From the NCBI GenBank assembly GCA_030141605.1, contig JAQGDQ010000206.1, positions 248,001 to 312,000 of the forward strand: DNA of 64,000 bases, given 5' to 3'. The translations under genes were made by a program, and so were the position numbers. The DNA is from Tubiluchus corallicola. Lineage: Eukaryota; Animalia; Priapulida. Under the pieces are notes generated by a model. The model searched no databases. It was not told the origin of the DNA and saw only the letters and a list, made by a program, of their open reading frames with translations. Below are positions 21,601 to 36,867 of the stretch, piece by piece (positions within the stretch are counted from its first letter, which is position 1; every line of letters begins with the position of its first letter).

Positions 21601-24600
21601 ATTTTCCTGCCATTTTCTGTGATTTTTCTCACAAAGTCACGGCATTTCCAGTGACTAAAATTTGACCCTAGAAAATTGCATACAACGTGACATGCCTGTA
21701 AAGTTGTGTTTAGCTAAAATTTTACAAAAGCATACAGATTTGCACGCTGAAACACACGAACAAATTGCACCTTCTAATGACTTTATCAGTCAGCACTCAG
21801 TTGGATACATAAACTCATATCTCGGTTTGCCGGCCCTCGCTTCTATGTATATCGGAAGAATCGGAAAAAATCTGCACCGTTAAAAATCCCGCGTACTGTG
21901 GACACAGTCCATTGTTTCGCGAGCAGACCGCTAGTAGCCGTCACTTTGTTTACATCATTACATCAGTGTAACCACGTGTATATCTCCATGTATAAAAATA
22001 TAGAATCGATTATGCAGAGTTATTTGAGCCAATTTATGTGGAGTTATTTGAGTCAACTGCAGACAGTTTTTACATACTTTTGCATAGGAGCGGCCCTAAA
22101 CGTTTTTGAGACAATTAGGTGACTGGTTCTACATTACCATGGGTATAATACACGGTGCCTACTGTATTATAGCATAATATCGGTAAATACAAACAACGGG
22201 CAAATATGGACAGACGTCTCCTTACTTTTGTCCGGGAAACCGAGATACGAGTGTAGTAAATTCTACATGACTGCAAAGAGCTTTACAATGTCGATGCCTA
22301 AAACGTACCGGGCGGAAAACGTTTCAAAGATCGGCTGACATCTAACAGCACTTGGTTGTAATCTTTATATTTGCGCAGCTCCGCATCTGAGTAGAAAAAG
22401 ACGAACTTGGTATTAAAATTCAAAAATCATGCAGAAACAAGCCAATAATGAGTTTCAAGGATAAAAAACAATCAAATTTCCGTCTTACTTTTTCTCTTTC
22501 AGCGGCCTGCAAATCGCAATCGGGTAAGTTGGAAATGGCATTCCGATTATAATTAACAGCAAAATTTTAATCATATATTTAAAATTGTATTGCAAATGTG
22601 AACGCTATGATAGGTTGAACAGGAAAAGCCATGTTAAAATAACTGTTTAGTAGTAATATGTCTTAATGACCAAATTCACGTATTGTTTGATTACGGTTTG
22701 ACAAACTAGATGTCAGCACCTGCATTACATTCTCTGCATACAGTGTTCCTTCACTTATCGCGGGTGTTCCGTTCCAGGCCCACCCGCGATAAGTGAATTT
22801 CCGAGAAGTAGGGACGCTATACTTATTTAATACTTACACATTTGGGTGGCATCGTGGGGCTTGAATAAGTTCAGTCTCTAGCGAAAATTTCACAAATAGC
22901 ATACAAGAAAACAAATTGCAAGGTACATGAACCAATCAGCAACTGGGATACAGAGTAGCATTCTCTGGTTGGTCGCTTTCCATCAATCAACCATTCGTAT
23001 GTTGTGTAAAATCTCACGTCGGCAAGTAGCATCTCAAGCGGGCACAAGTACTACATTTTGTTTTTGGTGTGTATTCATCCGCCGAATAAATACACTATTT
23101 ACTGTAACTGGTAATTTTTTATGATTTATAATATTCTTTGAAAACCTGCAAAATAGCGAGTCCGCGATAAACGAACCGCGAAGTGGCGAGGGTACACTGT
23201 ATTACGTTTCATAGATTTTGCATAGCGGACTCAGCCCAGGTACAAAAAACTTCTTTCCGTCTTACATTATGAGCTCAAAACATGTCAGGAAGAGAATTTT
23301 TACAATGTTTTAAAGCTTTGTGAATGTTTAAAGCTGAAACAAGCAATATTTCAAACCCAGCTGAAATCAAAGTGTGTTTATTACCTATTATTTAGCAGCA
23401 CTCATAAATTTTTTCAATGCACATATTTTCATGCTTTGTTTTTTTCTAGTTTTTTGTTTCGCATTACCGTATAATTATCGATTATCATATAGTCTCTTTT
23501 TTGTACCGTTCGAAGGTATACAGTTCTCGTAATTATCGTTTATGCTGCAACACTACGCGTTCGATAGTAAGCTGATTTTGCAAAAAATACCACACTTTTT
23601 AGCTTCCAATACAACGATCAGCATCATACAAAATGGCAACATTGGCGGAAGTTTGCCGCAGAAAAACATGGGTGCAACCCCACCAAAACGATCAGCATCA
23701 TACAAAATGGCAACATTGGCGGAAAGTTTGCCGTAGAAAAACATGGGTGCAACCCCACCAAAACGATCAGCATCTTACAAAATGGCAACATTGTCGGAAA
23801 GTTTGCCGCAGAAAAACATGGGTGCATCCCTACCAAAACTACGTTATGATCATTATTGCATTTTATGTCCAAAGTAAAAAAATACGCAGTAAATATGACT
23901 GTGTCAGGTAAGTATATGCATGTACAACAAAAATTATAAAATTGCCGGACGGGTGTGTGATAAAAAATATTACTTTCACTTGAAATTACTCAGTGATCCT
24001 GACAATTCACAAGCAATGCAATCAGATAAACAAAAGGCTAATCAGATGAAATGTTGTTTACATTAATTTGAAGATCTGCACCCGGGAACTGACACATGCA
24101 GATCTGGATGCAATCTGAAACCGGCAAAACTTGATCCGGTGCATCCGTACTCCACAGTAAAAAAAAAGTGGAAATACCGTCTAAAAACTTCACATCATTT
24201 TCCTCAACTCCCAGTAAGCAAGGCCAGGCTTTCTTACGCAAACCGTCGGTAATCAGACCACCCCGGGAGATGGCGTACTGCTTGAGCGTCGTCACGTCAA
24301 CTGCGTTCTCATTCAGGACATTGGCGATAGCATTTCCTTTCAGCTTCTTCGAATGGCTGCCTAGAAATTTACAAAAATGTTAACATCTCACTGGGCCGTA
24401 AAGCCATTTTAGACATAGGAGGAAATAGAGGAGAAATATTGTTATGCAGTCGTACCTCGGTTTTCGAACGTCTCCTTTCTCGACCAGTATTTCGGTACTC
24501 GACCAACCGCCAAGCTCGTGATGAACGATGCGCGGCGAGCTGAGTAGAGCCGAGCGTAACCGACCACGCCCGAGAGTAGTCACACACGTGTTTCTGCTCT

Positions 24601-25869
24601 AGCCTATGTAAGCCATCACACTGCTACCAACACGTAAGGTTTTTTCATGCAGGAATAATTATGTTTTTCTTTCTAAGGAATTCAATTATGTTTTTCTTAT
24701 CAATAATATCACATCTACTGTTTGAATAAGCATTTTTGCATTATTATATTTCGTTTTAGTAATACCTTACAGTTAATTTGTTGGTTGAGAATGGATTATT
24801 TGCTTTTACATTATTTCTTATGAGATAAATTATTCGGTACTCAACCAAATCGGTTTTCAAGCACTTTTTAGGAACGAATTAAGGTCGAAAACCGAGGTAT
24901 GACTGTATACTAAGTTGTGCTTATATGTTATACTACAAAGTAATACAGAAGGGAAATTAGAATTAAACAAATACAAACACATTTTTATGACACTACAATG
25001 TCATAATGCTGGACTCTTGTTACATTTTTTTATAATTTGATCAACACATTTCAGAATATTTCTACAGATCTGTCTCTTCTGGAACACCCTGTAAAACATG
25101 CTTCACAGATACTTGAACACGAACACAAGCCAACAAAATTTTCACATCAACGTTACTCAACGAAGTAAGAAGAAAACTACTCTTGCAAATCACCGATCCT
25201 TGGAACGGCAATAATAACAGCTAAAGATTTATTTTCACAATGCTTCAAAACTGTTTCACTGACTTTGTGATGTCATTGCTCAAAATTTTTGTCTTATAAG
25301 CAATGTCTCTTATTAATCTTTCTATTTGTAGGTTCTAATAATATTAATTTTAAGTGCGTAAAGGTTAAATTATTATCTAAAGATAGTCACGTGTGTCTCT
25401 TCTTTCACATTATTTTATTATAAACCAACAAATTCGTATAATAATTCAATTTTCATTCGTCGTAAATGCAAAATCTGATATTTTTTATTTACCTGTTACA
25501 TGCGCATTAATTAATTAATTATATTAGTAACAATTCTGAGAGGGTGGCTGACCTCGATAACTTATAGTTCTTTCGCCACCCTTTCACCACTAATCAATAA
25601 TTACTTTTGCACTTTGTAATATTATTGTATGTTGTACAGATTTATAAACTTACTTACTTGTATTGCATTCACACCTTGTATTCAGTATTTCTGAGTTAAA
25701 GAGAATAAACATTCAAAATACCAGTAAAATAACGAGGTAAATTCGAAGCAGAGTCAGTAGACGTTAAAGGATGAACGAGCTTGTCTTCAGTACTGTTGCA
25801 ATGCTTTCTATGTCGTGTTGTATCCTGGTGTGCCACAGTATTGTCAAGCACTGTAGTCTCAACTTCCAT
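12638..25869 (-). CDS. TBC1D20: TBC1 domain family member 20 (Rab GAP, tail-anchored), 9 coding exons, 409 aa
   Basis: Exons (minus strand) 25869-25722, 24360-24178, 22386-22309, 20813-20719, 18479-18388, 17784-17683, 16067-15926, 14642-14461 and 12845-12638; total 1230 nt, all GT-AG and in phase. Motifs GGLITDGLRKKAWPCLL, YNQVLLDVSRSLKRFPPG (Arg finger), LHYYQGYHDIAVTFLLV (Gln finger), FCLSWLITWYGH, RLYDFFIASHPYMPIYLAAAIVLHR, ECDMAMVHALLS, and a C-terminal hydrophobic anchor (IVMWTMAGTVCLLSYLMY). The start codon and first exon are less certain. Confidence 0.93.
13256..13670. mobile_element. hAT-type MITE (family H3)
   Basis: TIRs CAGGGGGGTAT / ATACGCCCCTG, degenerate 8-bp TSD GCAATCAT/ACAATCTT. 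Confidence 0.65.
14028..14382 (+). mobile_element. TA-flanked MITE (family B)
   Basis: TIRs CACTCATGTCTCGGTTTG / CAAACCGAGATGTGAATG, TA on both sides; homologues at 21812-22253 and 54962-55425. Confidence 0.8.
14690..15125 (+). mobile_element. Degenerate LINE 3' end (CR1/L2 group)
   Basis: Frame KYNGPYIRNSIAPAIKNANSF resembles the ORF2 terminal motif, followed by an AT-rich UTR ending GGAATAAATCTATTAAAATCT. Confidence 0.45.
15385..15791 (+). mobile_element. hAT-type MITE (family H1), second copy
   Basis: TIRs CAGGGGTGTGCAAA / TTTGCATACCCCTG, perfect 8-bp TSD GTTTAGAG; internally homologous to 1400-1899 with deletions. Confidence 0.9.
16394..16877 (+). mobile_element. pogo/Tigger-like MITE (family C)
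   Basis: TA|CAGTGAACCTTGGATATAAGG ... CCTTATACCCAATGTTGACTG|TA; reverse-oriented copy at 54196-54655. Confidence 0.85.
19220..19313. repeat. Imperfect (CT)n/(CA)n microsatellite
   Basis: Direct reading; pure CA run at about 19294-19313. Confidence 0.8.
19643..20114. mobile_element. pogo/Tigger-like MITE (family D)
   Basis: TA|CAGTCTAGTCTCGTTATCTCGCC ... GGCGAGATAACGAGGCTAGACTG|TA, with internal GGCGAGA subterminal repeats. Confidence 0.85.
20925..21440. repeat. Irregular tandem array of AAAAGTCACA / ATTTTG(A/G)CTAGG subunits
   Basis: Repeated GGAAAAAGTCACAGAAAGTCACAATTTTGACTA; related, in reverse complement, to the GTGACTTT/TTTTCCTG arrays at 28295-28615 and 33765-34105. Confidence 0.85.
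21812..22253 (+). mobile_element. TA-flanked MITE (family B)
   Basis: TA|AACTCATATCTCGGTTTGCC ... GGAAACCGAGATACGAGTG|TA; homologous to 14028-14382. Confidence 0.8.
22741..23199 (+). mobile_element. pogo/Tigger-like MITE (family A)
   Basis: TA|CAGTGTTCCTTCACTTATCGCGG ... CCGCGAAGTGGCGAGGGTACACTG|TA; copies at 1-183 and 58846-59220. Confidence 0.87.
23590..23840. repeat. Tandem repeat, about 75-bp unit, about 3.3 copies
   Basis: ACGATCAGCATCATACAAAATGGCAACATTGGCGGAAAGTTTGCCG(C/T)AGAAAAACATGGGTGCA repeated three times. Confidence 0.88.
24447..24905 (+). mobile_element. pogo/Tigger-like MITE (family E)
   Basis: CAGTCGTACCTCGGTTTTCGA ... TCGAAAACCGAGGTATGACTG|TA; duplicated at about 30280-30791; partial inverted copy at 57595-57850. 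Confidence 0.85.
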
Positions 25870-26294
25870 TGCCAAATGTCGCAATACTGTCTACAGAAAC
25901 TGGATATTCAGGTAAAAATCATGCTAATCCTGTAAAATTAGTTAATGCCATTGTCATAAACAACACTAGTTTTAATTTCAAGCATATGTAACGTCAGGTC
26001 AATCGAGCGCTGCTTACATGCTGTGCACGAGTGTTGATTTATTACTTTCTAAAACCAAACAATTCGTAGTCTAGGCAAGCAATACCCATGGATTATTATT
26101 TAGCGATGGTTCTTAAAAGAAGTCGTATACGTGGACTTTCTCGCGTCTGTCAAAGGCACTGGTCTAGAAAAAATAGTCTCATACAATGGGTTTTGCCAGT
26201 ACTGAAAAGGCCAAACTTAAAAATTGCAAACCAATTGTTAGTTACATAATCCCTGCAGCAACCAGCAGATCTTCGGAATCAAGTTTCGATTTAT

Positions 26295-26761
26295 AGTTCT
26301 GTTTTGCTTTGGTTTTGACAAATTCTTTTACATTCAGTTGAGTTGCGTTTGCTTTATAAAATTTTCGCTTTGAGTTGATATGATTTCATTTTGTTTGATA
26401 TGATTTCTTGCTATAAGTTAAATTCCGTTTTGCATTGCTTGTGAAAACTTCCTTTTATTTTGAGTGGAATTGCATTTTTGCTTTGAGTAGATTTTTGTTG
26501 CTTTTGTTTGATATTATTTTTTGCTTGATGTTATACCTTGTTATGCTTTGAATTGCATTTCTGCTTTGAGTTGATTTTTGTTGCTTTTGCCTTCTAAAAA
26601 TGTCACGAGCCTTTGAGTAAACTTGTATTTTTTTAATAAGGGGCAGCTGACCAAGTGACCAATAGGTCTTTTGCTGCTCCTTCTCAGCTGCAATGAAATG
26701 TAAAAATAATTATGACGAATTTTAACTGCTATTGAGAAAATAAAATTGTATTGAAATTTAT
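26295..26761. repeat. 467-bp T-rich low-complexity indel present only in duplication unit 1
   Basis: Flanked by ATTTAT at 26289-26294 and 26756-26761; unit 2 has a single ATTTAT (GATTTATGGCAAC at about 32228-32240). Confidence 0.8.
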
Positions 26762-27076
26762 GGCAACAATTATGAATTAATAATAGTAACATGCATGTGG
26801 CACAGGGCCTATCTGAGCTACGATCTATACTGCCTACCATACAAAAGCTCATAATTCAAATAACTAAACTAAAAATAAAGCAACTCATATGGTGGCGTAA
26901 TAATGCCACTGCACCTTGTCCTGATGTGAATCATAAACTCAGTTTCATTTAAAATACACAATTTTCCACATTTTTACAGCCAATTTATTATTGTCAATAG
27001 CGGAATTCTTATTAAGAGAATTGCAAAAGAGTAACGACGAGGCGACACCTAGGGACTAACTTAATAAATTCATTTA

Positions 27077-27090
27077 CTTCCTTTCATTCA
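27077..27090 (+). promoter_or_regulatory. Candidate TCT/5'TOP-type pyrimidine initiator of RPL12 (unit 1; counterpart near 32549-32560)
   Basis: CTTCCTTTCATTC about 120 nt upstream of the ATG; ribosomal protein genes typically start in such a tract. The TSS cannot be verified here. Confidence 0.4.
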
Positions 27091-27809
27091 TGTTATAAAG
27101 AGGATAAGGTGCAACTGTTTTGGTCGGGTTCTAAAATCGAACTCATCCAACACCTTAACCCCATCAATTAAAAATAAGGCTGAATATCCGTAAGCAACTA
27201 TGCCTCCTAAGTTCGATCCTACCGAGATTAAAGTTGGTAAGTAGCTGTTTCACGTTTTTTTCATTATTGAATCTATATCACGTTTTTGCCAATTTATATT
27301 AGTTTATCTTATAGCTACATTTCCGAACTGTGAAGCAAACAGAATTATTAATTGCTGTTTTTTCAGTGTGTTTGCGATGTGTTGGTGGGGAAGTTGGTGC
27401 TACATCGTCACTTGCGCCTAAAATAGGTCCTCTGGGTTTGGTAAGTATTAGCTACTAAATTTTTGTAAGATGCCATTCGTATTCTTAGTTTTACTGTGTT
27501 GATACCAAAACCATAGGGCAATAAGAATTTTTGTTGCTGCCATTTTCTCTGCTCATTTATGTGTAAATGTAATGCTGCTAATGTCTGCATTGCGATATAT
27601 CGAAAATTGTACGTATTTCATAATTTGTTTGATGTACACATAACACATTTTGCAGTACGTCACTATTCTTGATTCCGTCTGAGTTAATCTCAACAGTGTA
27701 CATGTATATTATTAGATATAAATATAGCTACATATATATATTAGTATATTAATAAAATAATGAAAATTAATTTATTTTGATATGTATCATTAACACATTT
27801 TAACTTTAG

Positions 27810-27941
<132 letters not shown>

Positions 27942-28011
27942 TAACTATTTCAAATTGAGGATGAAGATAAAACGTCGAAATAAGTTGATCCAGTAAAATT
28001 TTAAATAATCT

Positions 28012-28089
28012 TGCCTCAATGATGCAACTTTTCAAATTCTGATGACATCGTGAAAGACAAGTATATCACTTCAGTCTTACTGAGGGGCA
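28012..28089 (+). ncRNA. Candidate box C/D snoRNA in RPL12 intron 3 (unit 1 copy)
   Basis: Terminal stem TGCCTC/GGGGCA, box C ATGATGC (28019-28025), D' CTGA (28039-28042), box D CTGA (28080-28083). Guide CACTTCAGTCTT (28067-28078) is complementary to AAGACUGAAGUG, recalled from the conserved 28S segment UUUGAAGACUGAAGUGGAGAAGGGUUCC. Confidence 0.72.
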
Positions 28090-28294
28090 TTTATTGAACA
28101 AACTTACCTGAAAAACGTTTTTTAGGCTGCTTCAGTTTGATTAACATCTTTTCAACTGCCATTGACTGCTGATCTCAGTGACATCTTGTAATTATATGAA
28201 TTCTATTTAGTTTAATCTCTAATTATGTAGTGGTATCATTTTTGGCATATGTTTTAGGTGACTGATAATGAAGCCACAGGGAAAGATCAATTAA

Positions 28295-28615
28295 TTTTGG
28301 CTAGGGTTAGGATTATTTCTTTTTCCTGCACATTTTTCCCCGGTGACTTTCTTACCTATGACTTTTTTACCTAGATTTACGTTATATGTAAAGAGTTGGG
28401 GTTATTTCTTTTTTCCTGCACATTTTTCCCGGTGACTTTCTTACCTATGACTTTTTTACCTGGATTTACGTTATATGTAAAGAGTTGGGGTTATTTCTTT
28501 TTTCCTGCACATTTTTCCTGGTGACGTTTTTACCTGGATTTACGTTATATGTAAAGAGTTTGGGGTCATTTCTTTTTTCCTGCACAGTTTTTCTTGTGTG
28601 ACTTTTCTACTTGGC
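28295..28615. repeat. Short tandem array (about 70-bp units) in RPL12 intron 3; copy at 33765-34105
   Basis: Repeated TTTCTTTTTTCCTGCACATTTTTCCCGGTGACTTTCTTACCTATGACTTTTTTACCTGGATTTACGTTATATGTAAAGAGTTGGGG, preceded by GGCTAGGGTTAGG. Confidence 0.8.
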
Positions 28616-29421
28616 TTCATGTTTTGTGCAATTGTGGCTTCGTAGCATTGGTAAATTGGTTTTCCTTACATTTAAGGCAAGCGACAATCAGCGTTGTCCC
28701 GACCGCGGCTGCAATGATTATTAAAGCTTTAAAGGAGCCACCGAGAGATAGAAAGAAAGTAAAAAATGGTAGGTAGCACCGTTTTCCTGTTACTCTGTAA
28801 ATGAACTTGTCATGGGTGAAAGAAAGAAAACTGGAAAAAAACTGATGAAGCAAATTTCAAATCTTCATCTTTAACTCTGTTCGTTGTTAGTAAAAGTTTT
28901 ACCGTGCATGTGTAGAAGTTTCTTTGTTTTGCACCATAAATTTGTAACACTGGTTAGAATTTGGGAACAGAAAACATTGTATGTTAAACAAAAACTTTTT
29001 CGCATCCTATCAAATTTTAAGGTGTGATAAAAAGTATACGTTTTAACACCTATAATAATGCCAACGTGTTTGTGATAATAAAATAATAAGTTAAAAATTT
29101 AATTACTTGCGGGCGTACTCAAGTAGTGATGACATCACAACTGAACATATTTTCAAATGCGCAAACATTCCGCGAATGTACTACATGTGTTTGAGAAAGC
29201 GAAAGTTGAAGTACAAAAACTGTACAACGTTCAGTGTGATGTACAAAAATTGTACAAATTTATAGTTAAAAATTTAGATTTTAAGTTTACCACTTTGCTC
29301 GTGCATGAACAAATGCAGTAAAGGCTTACAATTACAAATTTATGCACTCAATAGAGCCAGTCAAAAAGTACATATGATTAACCGAATATGCTGTATTCAA
29401 AGCTATTAACTAGTTAAATAA

Positions 29422-29750
29422 TGTAAATTCATTATTTTTTATAAGTTCTGATGTAAGTTCATTATTTTTTATAAGTTCTGATGTAAATTCATTATTTTTT
29501 ATAAGTTCTGATGTAAATTCATTATTTTTTATAAGTTCTCGTGTAAATTCATTATTTTTTATAAGTTCTGATGTAAATTCATTATTTTTTATAAGTTCTG
29601 ATGTAAATTCATTATTTTTTGCAAGTTCTGATGTAAATTCAGTATTTTTTGCAAGTTCTGATGTAAATTCATTATTTTTTATAAGTTCTGATGTAAATTC
29701 ATTATTTTTTATAAGTTCTCATGTAAATTTATTATTTTTTATAAGTTCAC
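29422..29750. repeat. 30-bp AT-rich minisatellite, about 11 copies (RPL12 intron 4, unit 1)
   Basis: Unit ATGTAAATTCATTATTTTTTATAAGTTCTG, with exactly 30-nt periodicity. Confidence 0.93.
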
Positions 29751-30010
29751 ATAACCGGTGTGTACGCAATAAACCATGTTCGCTGTAATGCATTATGCTG
29801 TAATTTGTTTATAACTTTTGGGTGGCTTTGCACTTTTTGAGGGAGGGGATGCAATCAGATAAACAAAAGGCTAATCAAATGAAATGTTGTTTACATTAAT
29901 TTGTAGATCTGCACCCGGGAACTGACACATACAGATCTGGATGCAATCTGAAACCGGCAAAACTTGATCCGGTGCATCCGTACTCCACAGTAAAAAAAAA
30001 GTGGAAATAC

Positions 30011-31803
30011 CGTCTAAAAACTTCATATCATTTTCCTCAACTCCCAGTAAGCAAGGCCAGGCTTTCTTACGCAAACCGTCACTAATCAAACCACCTCGGG
30101 AGATGGCGTACTGCTTGAGCGTCGTCACGTCGACTGCGTTCTCATCCAGGACATTGGAGATAGCATTTCCTTTCTGCTTCTTCGAATGGCTGCCTAGAAA
30201 TTTACAAAAATGTTAACATCTCACTGGGCCGTAAAGCCATTTTAGACATAGGAGGAAATAGAGGAAAAATATTGTTATACGGTCGTACCTCGGTTTTCGA
30301 ACGTCTCTGTACTTGTACAAATCGGTTTTCGACCAGAAAATTTGAGTTGAAATTGTCTCCGTTCTCGAGCAGAATTTCGGTACTCGACCAACCGCCAAGC
30401 ACGTGATGAATGCATGCGCAGCGAGCTGAGTAGAGCCGAGCGTAACCGACCGCACCCGAGAGTAGTCACACACGTGTTTCTGCTCTAGCCTATGTATGCC
30501 ATCACACTGCTACCAACACATAAGGTTTTTCATGCAGGAATAATAAAGTTTTTCTTTCTAAGGAATTCTATTATGTTTTTCTTATCAATAATATCACATC
30601 TACTGTTTGAATAAGCATTCTTGCATTATTATATTTCGTTTTAGTAATACTTTACAGTTCATTTAGTGCTTGAGAACGGATTATTTACTTTTACAGTATT
30701 TTTTATGGGAATAAATGATTCGGTACTAAACCAAATCAGTTTTCAAACACTTTTTAGGAACGAATTGTGGTTGAAAACCGAGGTATGACTGTATATTAAG
30801 TTGTGCTTATATGGGATGGTACAAAAACCAAGTTATACAGCAAGGAAATTAGAATTAGACAAATAAAACACATTTTTATGTCTCTACAATGTCATAATGC
30901 TGAACTTTTTTATAATTTGATCAGCACATTTCAGAATATTTCTGCAGATCTGTCTCTTCTGGAACACAGTGCATCACAGATACTTCAACGCAAACACAAG
31001 CCAACAAAATTTTCTCATCAACGTTACTCAAGTAAGAAGAAAAAAACCACTCTTGCAAAATAGCGATCCTTAGCACGGCAATAATAACAGCTAAAGATTT
31101 ATTTTCACAATGCTTTAAAACTGTTTCACTGACTTTGTGATGTCATTGCTCAAAATTTTTGTCTTATAAGCAATGTCTCTTATTAATCTTTTGACTCTTT
31201 CTATTTGTAGGTTCTAATAATATTAATTTTAAGTGCGTAAAGGTTAAATTATTATTTAAAGATAGTCACGTCTGTGTCTCTTCTTTCACATTATTATATT
31301 ATAAACTAACACATTCGTATAATAATTCAATTTTCATTCATCTTAAATGCAAAATCTGATATTTTTAATTACCTGCTACATGCGCATTAATTAATTAATT
31401 ATATTAGTAACAATTCTGAGAGGGTGGCTGACCTCGATATCTTATAGTTCTTTCGCCACCCTTTCACCAATAATCAATAACTACTTTTGCACTTTGTAAT
31501 ATTATTGTATGTTGTACAGATTTATAAATCACTTAGTTATGCATTTTGCTATTTTAAAAATGGTGATAAACTAATAAACTTACTTACTTACTTGTATTGC
31601 ATTCACACCTTGTATTCAGTATTTCTGAGTTAAAGAGAATAAACATTCAAAATACCAGTAAAATAACGAGGTAAATTCGAAGCAGAGTCAGTAGACGTTA
31701 AAGGATGAACGAGCTTGTCTTCAGTACTGTTGCAATGCTTTCTATGTCGTGTTGTATCCTGGTGTGCCACAGTATTGTCAAGCACTGTAGTCTCAACTTC
31801 CAT
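30011..31803 (-). pseudogene. TBC1D20: Partial TBC1D20 duplicate (exons 1-2 only; ORF and splice sites intact)
   Basis: Exon 1' 31803-31656 (same protein as exon 1) and exon 2' 30193-30011 (9 substitutions, 5 amino-acid changes). Intron 2 is cut at the duplication junction. Confidence 0.82.
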
Positions 31804-32671
31804 TGCCAAATGTCGCAATACTGTCTACAGAAACTGGATATTCAGGTAAAAATCATGCTAATCCTGTAAAATTAGTTAATGCCACTGTCATAAACAACAC
31901 TAGTTTTAATTTCAAGCATATGTGACGTCAGGTCAATCGAGCGCTACTTACATGCTGTGCACGAGTGTCGATTTATTACTTTCTAAAACCAAACAATTCG
32001 TAGTCTAGGCAAGCAATAACCTTGGATCATTATTTAGCGATGGTTCTTAAAAGAAGTCGTATGCGTGGACTTTCTGGCGTCTGTCAAAGGCACTGGCAAG
32101 GTCTAGAAAAAATAGTCTCATACAATGGCTTTTGCCAGTACTGAAAAAGGCAAACTTAAAAATTGCAAACCAATTGCTAGTTACAGAATCCCTGCAGCAA
32201 CCAGCAGATATTCGGAATCAAGTTTCGATTTATGGCAACAAATATGAATTAGTAATAGTAACATGCATGTGACACAGGGCCCATCTGAGCTACGATCTAT
32301 ACTGCCTACCATACAAAAGCTCATAATTCAAATAACTAAACTAAAAATAAAGTAGCTCGTATGGTGGCATAATAATACCACTGCACCTTGTCCTGACGTG
32401 AATCATAAACTCAGTTTCATTTAAAATACACAATTTTCCACATTTTTACAGCCAATTTATTATTGTCAATAGCGGAATTCTTATTAAGAGAATTGCAAAA
32501 GAGTAACGACGAGGCGACACCTAGGGACTAACTTAATAAATTTATTTACGTCCTTTCATTCATGTTATAAAGAGGATAAGGTGCAACTGTTTTGGTCGGG
32601 TTCTAAAATCGAACTCATCCAACACCTTAACCCTATCAATTAAAAATAAGGCTGAATATCTGTAAGCAGCT

Positions 32672-36688
<4,017 letters not shown>

Positions 36689-36867
36689 ACGATAACACCG
36701 GGATAGGAGGAGTGCCGAAGTCGTCGAAAGACGAGCACATCTTCTGAAGAAATTACTGTACATAAACAAAAACGACAAATAAAGACGTAAAATTTAATTA
36801 CTATGTTTCTTAAATATCTACAAATTAGCTATTATTCAAATATCTACACATATCTAACAATTTTTCA

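Noticed and set aside
27625-27690. C/D snoRNA in RPL12 intron 2 (TTGATGT...TTCTTGATTCCGT-CTGA)
   Set aside because: Poor box C, no clear terminal stem, and only a 9-nt possible 18S match that is offset from box D.
29422-29750. Repeated CTGA/TGATG motifs in the 30-bp array as a snoRNA cluster
   Set aside because: The motifs overlap within a 30-bp AT-rich unit, with no terminal stems or guide sequences.
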